Made by a program: the position numbers and the translations under genes. The notes under the pieces were generated by a model. It saw only the letters and a list, made by a program, of their open reading frames with translations. It did no database searches and was not told the DNA's origin. Positions 57,474 to 64,000 of a stretch of DNA of 64,000 bases are shown here, piece after piece. How positions within the stretch are numbered: position 1 is the first letter of the stretch; each line of letters begins with the position of its first letter. This stretch comes from a virus (lineage: Duplodnaviria > Caudoviricetes): the IMG/VR virus record IMGVR_UViG_3300047157_000186, one strand, 5' to 3'.

Positions 57474-57785
57474 ATGAAAGAAGACGATTTCAATTTTGAT
57501 GAATTTATGGAAAATAGCAATAGTGATTTCGAAATGAAACTTGAAGAATACAAGGATCGTATGATTCGATTAGCTATTGAAACTAATTATGCACAAATAG
57601 AAAAGAACGGTATTAATGATTGGCATCTTAGGCATATGGATCCTGCAGAATTAATTTCATTAAACGGAACTTTTAAAATGATGCTTGATTATTTTGAAGA
57701 AAATGAAGAGTACGAGAAGTGTGCTAATATCATGAAACAATTAAATACTATAGATTCTATTATGTCTCCAAAGCGAGATATATAA
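57474..57785 (+). CDS. Hypothetical protein with C-terminal UVR-like motif
   Basis: YFEENEEYEKCANI. Confidence 0.65.
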   Translation: MKEDDFNFDEFMENSNSDFEMKLEEYKDRMIRLAIETNYAQIEKNGINDWHLRHMDPAELISLNGTFKMMLDYFEENEEYEKCANIMKQLNTIDSIMSPKRDI

Positions 57786-57788
57786 AGT

Positions 57789-58046
57789 ATGAAGTATATA
57801 AAATTATTTGAAGAGGATAGGGTAGATCTTAAAAACGAAAATCCTCTTTTAATTAAAATAAGGCATTTTGGTGGAAGTGTTAAAAGCCTAGATGATTGGT
57901 TACGATCAAAGATAGGTGAAACAAATCCGTACAAAGACACTATAATGGTAAACGGTCCACATATGGGAAAGAAAGATAAATCTTTGCCATATCAAGATTT
58001 CCAAAATGGAGAATCGGATTTAGTAAAGAATAATCATGGAAGATAA
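57789..58046 (+). CDS. Hypothetical protein with N-terminal IKLFEE motif
   Basis: MKYIKLFEED. Confidence 0.55.
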   Translation: MKYIKLFEEDRVDLKNENPLLIKIRHFGGSVKSLDDWLRSKIGETNPYKDTIMVNGPHMGKKDKSLPYQDFQNGESDLVKNNHGR

Positions 58047-58266
58047 AATAGCAAAAGAAATAGCGGTTCAATTAAAAAGAATAGCAGACGCATTAGAAAA
58101 ATCTAATAAAAATTCAGAAACATCTGAAAAAAGAAATGCTGTTATTGGTAAACTTCAAGAAAAAAATCTAAAAGCAGATCTAAGAGAAAAACTTAATTTA
58201 GATCAAGCAGATTACACGCCACATCCTAATTCTCCTAGATTTAAAACAGATGATGGATCCTTATAG
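58036..58266 (+). CDS. Hypothetical protein
   Basis: ORF track; overlaps its neighbours. Confidence 0.6.
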   Translation: MEDKIAKEIAVQLKRIADALEKSNKNSETSEKRNAVIGKLQEKNLKADLREKLNLDQADYTPHPNSPRFKTDDGSL

Positions 58267-59056
58267 TGTATTAGGTGTCGATAAAACATCTTCACAAGAT
58301 GACATTAAAAAAGCATATAGGAAACTAGCCAAAGAATATCATCCTGATAAAAACGATGGCAATGACGAAAGATTTAAAGAGATTGCTGACGCTTATGAAA
58401 AAATAGGCGATGATTCTTCGAGGCAAAAATATGACTCAGCTTCTAACTTTCAAAATTTTAACGGATTTGGTGATGGAAATATTAACATGTCAGATCTTTT
58501 TGATCAAGTATTTGGTAATGCATTTGGATCCAGACAATCATCTAAGGGCCAAGATTTAAGATTAGATTTACATTTAAGTTTTGATGAAGCTTACGCTGGA
58601 ACTTCTAAAAAGTTTGCAGTTAATGGTCAAGATATTAAAGTTGATTTTAAAGCTGGACTTAAAACAGGAATGAAACTAAGAGTCGCAGGAAAGGGACAAC
58701 CTCATCAATATAATTCTACACTACCAAACGGCGATCTAATTATTCACATACATGTGATGCATAATAGTAATTGGATTTTACAAGACAATGATATTTGGTT
58801 AGATTTAAATTTATCATGGGAAGATATATTTTTAGGAACTAAAATAAATGTAAATACACCTGAAGGTCCACTTTATATTAATGTACCTAAGAATAGTTAT
58901 CCTGGAAAAGTTCTTAGAATCAGAGATCGAGGATATCCAATATATGGCACCGAAAAAAAAGGTGCACTTTTATGTAAATTAAATGCTTCTTATTTTGAAC
59001 TTAATTCCGAACAACTGGAATATATAAAGAAAGTAAAGAGCATAAAAGATGAATGA
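58250..59056 (+). CDS. dnaJ: DnaJ-class co-chaperone (J domain plus C-domain, no Zn finger; CbpA-like)
   Basis: DPY.VLGV...IKKAYRKLA.EYHPDKN; G.KLRV.GKG; GDL.I.I. Confidence 0.9.
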   Translation: MMDPYSVLGVDKTSSQDDIKKAYRKLAKEYHPDKNDGNDERFKEIADAYEKIGDDSSRQKYDSASNFQNFNGFGDGNINMSDLFDQVFGNAFGSRQSSKGQDLRLDLHLSFDEAYAGTSKKFAVNGQDIKVDFKAGLKTGMKLRVAGKGQPHQYNSTLPNGDLIIHIHVMHNSNWILQDNDIWLDLNLSWEDIFLGTKINVNTPEGPLYINVPKNSYPGKVLRIRDRGYPIYGTEKKGALLCKLNASYFELNSEQLEYIKKVKSIKDE

Positions 59057-59312
59057 TTACACATTTAGCGACGATAGTAAAAAATGGTTTAGAATATTCG
59101 ATGGACTCATAGTTAATAATGAGGACATGTTTTTCAATGCATTGTATATGGCCATCACACATCATCCAACTTATGTAATTGCTTCAGATTTAGAAGACGA
59201 GCGCAAGATCACTATTTTAGGTGCAATGTTAAAGCACTTTGAAGAAAAAGAAGAATTCGAAAAATGCGCCAGTATTTATAACATTAAAAAACAGATTAAA
59301 ACAATATGCTAA
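59049..59312 (+). CDS. Hypothetical protein with C-terminal UVR-like motif
   Basis: HFEEKEEFEKCASI. Confidence 0.65.
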   Translation: MNDYTFSDDSKKWFRIFDGLIVNNEDMFFNALYMAITHHPTYVIASDLEDERKITILGAMLKHFEEKEEFEKCASIYNIKKQIKTIC

Positions 59313-59491
59313 TAATAGAAGTAGATAAGGGAAATATAGAGAAGGCACTGAAACAATATAAAAGAAAGGTTAGAAATACTAAACAAATAAATCACTTAAG
59401 AGATCAACAAGATTTCACCAAGCCATCAGCAAAGAAACGTCTTAAGATGCAAAAAGCCAAGTACTTACAATCTAAAAATCAACCGGAATGA
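59306..59491 (+). CDS. rpsU: Ribosomal protein bS21
   Basis: MLIIEV..GNIEKALK.YKRK...K....LR..Q.F.KPS.K.R, the Bacteroidota-type bS21 signature. Confidence 0.88.
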   Translation: MLIIEVDKGNIEKALKQYKRKVRNTKQINHLRDQQDFTKPSAKKRLKMQKAKYLQSKNQPE

Positions 59492-59604
59492 TATATTAAT
59501 AAATTATCCTAATATATTGATTCAATTTCTATATTAGGTAAATCGTATATTAATATATACAAAGGAGCAACTAAGTTGCAACTAAAAACAAAAGGTAATT
59601 TAAG

Positions 59605-59865
59605 ATGGCAGGCTTTATTTCAAGTTCAGATAAAGATAGTTTGATGAGAGCTAGTTATTACCAGATAACTAGAAATTTTACTAAGACAGTAAATAGATTC
59701 ATCGCATTCAAGGATACAGATCGTATCGTTGAAATTCCTCATGGAATAAAACAGCGTTCTAAATTTATTGACCTAATGATCAAATACTTCGAATCATTAG
59801 AAGAGTACGAAAAATGTACTAAGCTGGTAAAACTAAAAGAACTTGTCATAATGGCAGGGGATTAA
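59605..59865 (+). CDS. Hypothetical protein with C-terminal UVR-like motif
   Basis: YFESLEEYEKCTKL. Confidence 0.65.
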   Translation: MAGFISSSDKDSLMRASYYQITRNFTKTVNRFIAFKDTDRIVEIPHGIKQRSKFIDLMIKYFESLEEYEKCTKLVKLKELVIMAGD

Positions 59866-59884
59866 TTATAAAAACAATTATTAA

Positions 59885-60592
59885 ATGAGTAGAGGAACAG
59901 AAAAGCAAACAAGACAATCTAAAAACGGAACAATAGATTCCGGATTAAAACGAGTTACACTTAGACAATCCCAACATAAATACGTAAAACAAATAGAAGA
60001 AAACGAAATAACATTTTGCTACGGTCCAGCAGGAACATCAAAAACATTTACGGCATGTTTCGTAGCACTTAAATTACTACAAGAAAAGAAAATAAAAGAA
60101 ATTATCCTTTGTAAACCAATACAAGAAGCAGGTGAAAAGTTAGGATTTTTACCAGGAACAAAAGAAGAAAAGATCGACCCTTATATGAATTCGTATATTT
60201 CGAATATCACTAAAATAGTAGGAGGTCAACAAGCAAAATATTTATTTGATAGCAAAACAATTAGATTTGAGCCACTTGCATACATGAGAGGTGATACGTT
60301 TGATGATGCTCTTATGGTTTTAGATGAAGCACAAAATGCAACATTTAAACAATTAATGTTATTTGTAACTAGAATGGGTAAATCAAGTAAAGTTGTAGTT
60401 ACAGGTGATGTCAGCCAACATGATATTGCTAAACAACATGTAGGTTTACCAGGATTCATAGAGATTATGCAGGGTGTAAAAGGAATTGGTGTACATATAT
60501 TTAGTAATAAAGATATTGTAAGAGCTAAGATCTTACAGGAAGTTGTACAGAGATACGATGAATGGAAATCAAAAAACGAAAACAAATTTTAG
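59885..60592 (+). CDS. phoH: PhoH-family ATPase
   Basis: GPAGTSKT, EAGEKLGFLPG, PLAYMRG.TF, DEAQN, TR.G..SK.V.TGD..Q.D. Confidence 0.92.
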   Translation: MSRGTEKQTRQSKNGTIDSGLKRVTLRQSQHKYVKQIEENEITFCYGPAGTSKTFTACFVALKLLQEKKIKEIILCKPIQEAGEKLGFLPGTKEEKIDPYMNSYISNITKIVGGQQAKYLFDSKTIRFEPLAYMRGDTFDDALMVLDEAQNATFKQLMLFVTRMGKSSKVVVTGDVSQHDIAKQHVGLPGFIEIMQGVKGIGVHIFSNKDIVRAKILQEVVQRYDEWKSKNENKF

Positions 60593-60636
60593 AAACATTT
60601 TAATGATTCCGTATATAAGTACTAAACATACTATAT

Positions 60637-61272
60637 ATGGAATCATATCAAATCTTATTAAAGCACAGCCACTCAGGAAATCCAGACATAACTGAAATCG
60701 GATTAGACGAAGCTGGAAGAGGTGCTTTATCAGGGCCAGTAACCGTAGCAGCATGTATCATGCCATATGGATTTCAACACGAACTTGTTAAAGACTCAAA
60801 ATTATTAAGTGAGCCCCAAAGAGTAGCTGCAAGACAATTGGTTTTAGATAACTGTATTGCATACTCTATTAAACACGTCAGTGTTGAAGACATTGAAAAT
60901 ACTAATATTTTAAAAGCAACATTAGAAGGTATGCGCAGGTGCCTAGAAGATGTAAAGGATAATTTAATTGATTTTGATTTTATTCTTGTAGACGGAGATC
61001 AATTCCATGGATTTGATGGAATTCCATTTGAAACAGTAGTAGGTGGAGATAATACATATGTATCAATTGCTGCGGCTTCTATTCTGGCCAAAACAGAAAG
61101 AGACTTGCTTATGAAAGAATTAAGCACTGATTTTCCAGCATATGGTTGGGGGTCAAACAAAGGATATGGTACTAAACAACATAGAGATGCTATATTAAGT
61201 GAAGGTGCTACACCTCATCATAGAAATTCCTTTATAAGCCATATGTTAACTAAAACCAACACATTATTTTGA
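60637..61272 (+). CDS. rnhB: Ribonuclease HII
   Basis: GLDEAGRG.L.GPV, VKDSK.L, LVDG, SIAAASILAK, NKGYGT..H. Confidence 0.92.
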   Translation: MESYQILLKHSHSGNPDITEIGLDEAGRGALSGPVTVAACIMPYGFQHELVKDSKLLSEPQRVAARQLVLDNCIAYSIKHVSVEDIENTNILKATLEGMRRCLEDVKDNLIDFDFILVDGDQFHGFDGIPFETVVGGDNTYVSIAAASILAKTERDLLMKELSTDFPAYGWGSNKGYGTKQHRDAILSEGATPHHRNSFISHMLTKTNTLF

Positions 61273-61613
61273 GAGGATTATTAATAGGAATGTTATTGTT
61301 CCTTGGTGGACAAACATTAATTTGGTTTCAAACAAACGGTCAATTTATAAATCCTTGGATGAAGAAAAATCCACTAGCGATCAGTATCTTGGGAGGTACA
61401 ATTATTAGTTATATGTTTATTAAAGCAACTGCACTAATTGCGGGTTATTATGACGGAGCGTTATGGCCAGGAAGATTTATAGGATTTTCAATGGGCATAA
61501 CATCATTTGCGTTTTTAACATGGTACTTTTTAAATGAAGGTATTAATATTAAAACTGCAGTTTCTTTGTGTTTAGCATTCGCACTTATTTCAGTACAATT
61601 ATTCTGGAAATGA
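61269..61613 (+). CDS. Four-TM membrane protein (DMT-like)
   Basis: Four hydrophobic helices in 114 aa. Confidence 0.55.
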   Translation: MRGLLIGMLLFLGGQTLIWFQTNGQFINPWMKKNPLAISILGGTIISYMFIKATALIAGYYDGALWPGRFIGFSMGITSFAFLTWYFLNEGINIKTAVSLCLAFALISVQLFWK

Positions 61614-61864
61614 AGAAATTAAAATTACCTTGGTTAGAAAATGATAAACCTACAAATGTAGTAGTTTATAGAAAACAAAAGAATAGTAGCACATACTATA
61701 TGATTGTCACCAATATTCACGTTGACGTTATTAATAACGGAAGAGCAACGAAACCAATCGTAGATCATAAATATGAAATTGTAGAATTAGGAATAGGTTT
61801 TAATTTCATAGAGGAATGGGCTAGAAAATATAATATAAAAACCCCAAAGGTTTTAGTTAAATAA
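61610..61864 (+). CDS. Hypothetical protein
   Basis: ATGA overlap with the previous stop gives start 61610. Confidence 0.6.
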   Translation: MKKLKLPWLENDKPTNVVVYRKQKNSSTYYMIVTNIHVDVINNGRATKPIVDHKYEIVELGIGFNFIEEWARKYNIKTPKVLVK

Positions 61865-61869
61865 ATTTT

Positions 61870-62097
61870 ATGAAAAGATCAATTAATATTATTAGCACTT
61901 GGATAGGTGTATTGTTAGGATTAGTTATAATAGCAACTGTATTAACAATACCAACACAATATTTATGGAACACGTGTTTAGTTCCAGCAATAGATGGCAT
62001 AAATGCTATAGGATTTTGGCAGGCATTAGGACTTAATGTGTTATCTACTATCTTATTTAAGGGTTCGGGTACTCCTAAAACTAATCCTGAAAAATAA
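61870..62097 (+). CDS. Small two-TM membrane protein
   Basis: LWN......I.FWQALGL..L pattern. Confidence 0.65.
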   Translation: MKRSINIISTWIGVLLGLVIIATVLTIPTQYLWNTCLVPAIDGINAIGFWQALGLNVLSTILFKGSGTPKTNPEK

Positions 62098-62125
62098 ATT
62101 AAAAAAAGTGCTCTCAGATTTTTTT

Positions 62126-62157
62126 ATGTCATTTATTTGTGGTATATTAGTACTATA
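62126..62157 (+). promoter_or_regulatory. Repeated early promoter, copy 8
   Basis: ATGTCATTTATTTGTGGTATATTAGTACTATA. Confidence 0.8.
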
Positions 62158-62174
62158 ATTAAAAAGCGAAAGAT

Positions 62175-62435
62175 ATGAGTTACACAAGATTTGACAGACA
62201 TAGCTGTTTTACTTCAGAAATGAGAACTATGACAATGGACATTATCAATGCCACTGAAAACGACGAGTTTACAAACATGGCCTATGGGCTTTTTGATGGA
62301 TATTTATATGATGCTCTTTTACCTAAAGCTATAAAATTAGGTGTGAGTAAAGATATAGAAAACAAAATCAAAGGCTTGATCAAAGCCATTGAGATGTATT
62401 TACTTTTAACAAAACCAACAATAAAAACCACATAA
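62175..62435 (+). CDS. Hypothetical early protein
   Basis: ORF downstream of the promoter. Confidence 0.65.
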   Translation: MSYTRFDRHSCFTSEMRTMTMDIINATENDEFTNMAYGLFDGYLYDALLPKAIKLGVSKDIENKIKGLIKAIEMYLLLTKPTIKTT

Positions 62436-62436
62436 T

Positions 62437-62892
62437 ATGGCAACAAAGAAAATAATGTACTTGGATATGGACGGAGTATTAGTCGATATATTTAAAGCGT
62501 GCGAAACAAAATATGGTAAAGACTTAGTTCCAAATATAGGTGAAATTCTAGATGCAGATCCTGAATTATTCTATGAAGCTGAGCCAATTCCTGGAGCTAT
62601 TGAAGCTTTTAATAAATTAGTAGAAGTATTCGACGTTTATTTATTGACGACTGCACCATGGGAAAGTTTAGGTTCTGTTAAAGCAAAAAGATTATGGGTT
62701 AGAAAATACTTAGGTAAACCTGCTTATAAGAGAATTATAACTAGTCATCATAAAAACTTAATGATTGGCGATTATTTAATCGATGATAGAACTGCAAATG
62801 GTGCAGGAGAATTCAAAGGAGAATTAATTCAATTTGGTACAGAAAAATTCCCGAACTGGGAAGTTGTATTAGATTATTTAAAAGTTAACTAA
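62437..62892 (+). CDS. 5'(3')-deoxyribonucleotidase (NT5C, HAD)
   Basis: YLDMDGVL, PIPGA, K..WV..YLG, K.L..GDYLIDD. Confidence 0.85.
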   Translation: MATKKIMYLDMDGVLVDIFKACETKYGKDLVPNIGEILDADPELFYEAEPIPGAIEAFNKLVEVFDVYLLTTAPWESLGSVKAKRLWVRKYLGKPAYKRIITSHHKNLMIGDYLIDDRTANGAGEFKGELIQFGTEKFPNWEVVLDYLKVN

Positions 62893-62893
62893 A

Positions 62894-63136
62894 ATGATAT
62901 TTAAAGAAAACACAGACGTGTTGTTTGACACACACAAAAAAACAAATAAGATTACATTATCTTGTACTAACGAAGTACAAATTGAAGGTGCTAGGAATTT
63001 CATAGAAAATTTTAGAAGTTGGTTATCATGTTTCGAATGTGAAGATGAAGTACAAACAGATTTATTAAAACAAATAATAGATGATGTTGAAATTACTTTT
63101 AGAAAGAAGTACCAGGAAATTGTTCGTAACTTTTAA
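62894..63136 (+). CDS. Hypothetical protein
   Basis: ORF track. Confidence 0.6.
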   Translation: MIFKENTDVLFDTHKKTNKITLSCTNEVQIEGARNFIENFRSWLSCFECEDEVQTDLLKQIIDDVEITFRKKYQEIVRNF

Positions 63137-63160
63137 AAATAAATCACACCAGATTTTTTT

Positions 63161-63192
63161 ATGTCAAATATTTGTGGTATATTAGTAGTATA
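63161..63192 (+). promoter_or_regulatory. Repeated early promoter, copy 9 (upstream TTGTTCGTAAC at 63120-63130)
   Basis: ATGTCAAATATTTGTGGTATATTAGTAGTATA. Confidence 0.8.
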
Positions 63193-63208
63193 ATTAAAAG
63201 TTAAAAAT

Positions 63209-63607
63209 ATGAATAAATTTAATGTAAATGAAGTAAGGTGTAACGGAGTCGGTGGCTCAGGTTACCAAGCAGTTCTTAAACACAAAGACGCAATCCAAGG
63301 GATTTGTCAAGATGTTAGAGATCTTATAGGTATTGAAAAACTATGGGAACTAGCAACGGCAGAACCTAATGTTGATTATCATCAAGGAACAAGATTTAAT
63401 TCTGTAGAAGATAATGCGTATAGACTTATTACTGGAATTGCAAACCACGTCTCGGAATACATTCCAACAAGTGAATTGATCGAGATGCACGTAGGAGCTA
63501 TTTTACCGATGTTAACTATGGAAGAAAAGGTAACACTTGTTGCTGATGCATGTAGAGATTGCGCTAGCGCAGATCATTGGTACACTTTCGAAAAAGATTG
63601 GGGATAA
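63209..63607 (+). CDS. Hypothetical early protein
   Basis: ORF downstream of the promoter. Confidence 0.7.
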   Translation: MNKFNVNEVRCNGVGGSGYQAVLKHKDAIQGICQDVRDLIGIEKLWELATAEPNVDYHQGTRFNSVEDNAYRLITGIANHVSEYIPTSELIEMHVGAILPMLTMEEKVTLVADACRDCASADHWYTFEKDWG

Positions 63608-63608
63608 G

Positions 63609-63821
63609 ATGACTATTGAAGAAAGATACGATCGTATAGACTCTGCACCATACGTTATATTTCAAGACGATAAAACAGTACACACTGTTGAAAGTATAGA
63701 AATATTTGAAGACATGGTTATTGTAGAAACAAATACAGGTTGGTTATTTAACGATATGGATTTATTTACCCTAGAGGAAATGGTAGATATCGAAGAAAAA
63801 ATAAAAGATTTATTAAAATAA
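63609..63821 (+). CDS. Hypothetical acidic protein
   Basis: In-frame ATG 63609 right after the previous stop. Confidence 0.55.
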   Translation: MTIEERYDRIDSAPYVIFQDDKTVHTVESIEIFEDMVIVETNTGWLFNDMDLFTLEEMVDIEEKIKDLLK

Positions 63822-63839
63822 ACGCACAAATACTTTTTT

Positions 63840-63871
63840 ATGTCAAATATTTGTGGTATATTAGTAGTATA
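63840..63871 (+). promoter_or_regulatory. Repeated early promoter, copy 10
   Basis: ATGTCAAATATTTGTGGTATATTAGTAGTATA. Confidence 0.8.
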
Positions 63872-63887
63872 ATTAAAAGCAAAAGAA

Positions 63888-64000
63888 ATGAAAAAAGTAA
63901 TATTTGATTTAGACGGAACTTTGGCTCTCATCGATAAGCGAAGAGCTATTTCTACAAAAGACAATGGAAAAATAGATTGGGATACATTCTTTGATCCTAA
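63888..64000 (+). CDS. HAD phosphatase, polynucleotide kinase-phosphatase (PseT) phosphatase-like; 3'-truncated
   Basis: MKKVIFDLDGTLA...R...DWDTFF, read manually. Confidence 0.65.
   Translation, partial: MKKVIFDLDGTLALIDKRRAISTKDNGKIDWDTFFDP

Noticed and set aside
1-64000. Giant eukaryotic virus (NCLDV) or cellular origin, suggested by the collagen, PLOD and GT60 genes
   Set aside because: bS21, ClpP, PhoH, KdsB, the T4 gp42-like enzyme, bacterial terminators, coupled ATGA starts and repeated early promoters all point to a bacteriophage.
1-64000. Stop-codon reassignment or diversity-generating retroelement
   Set aside because: Genes are full length in the standard code apart from isolated indels, and I saw no reverse transcriptase or adenine-specific TR/VR pair.

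Overview
This is a 64-kb fragment of a large, AT-rich lytic dsDNA phage (jumbo/T4-like style). The host is most likely Bacteroidota/Flavobacteriia, judged from the A-rich SD-less starts, the TAnnTTAG promoter box and the phage-encoded ribosomal protein bS21. The layout has five parts. (i) 1-15.3 kb: Pro/Thr-repeat and Gly-Thr-Ser collagen-like virion proteins, followed by four glycosyltransferase-like genes and a nucleotide-sugar epimerase. (ii) 16-22.9 kb: an oppositely oriented, higher-GC early cassette with six copies of one promoter, two candidate structured RNAs and repeat/palindrome-rich non-coding flanks. (iii) 23-32 kb: nucleotide, sugar and proteolysis genes (thyA, mgsA, kdsD, kdsB, 2OG-Fe(II) oxygenase, clpC, T4 gp42-like dCMP hydroxymethylase, clpP). 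(iv) 32.9-54 kb: a second fibre cluster (two collagens, two giant Thr-rich proteins) with its own glycosyltransferases, including a GT25-lysyl hydroxylase (PLOD) fusion. (v) 54-64 kb: ATP-grasp protein, exonuclease, Hsp20, DnaJ, bS21, PhoH, RNase HII and small early genes. The strongest candidate new system is a eukaryote-like virion glycoprotein pathway. It combines collagen lysyl hydroxylation and glycosylation, a GT60 mucin-type GlcNAc transferase, Kdo activation and self-cleaving Hint domains, encoded next to matching repeat substrates. A second candidate is a ClpCP protease with five UVR-motif paralogues that may be adaptors. Family calls were made by eye from motifs, and no database search was run. 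Several single-base indels (thyA, clpC, RadA-like ATPase) look like sequencing errors.
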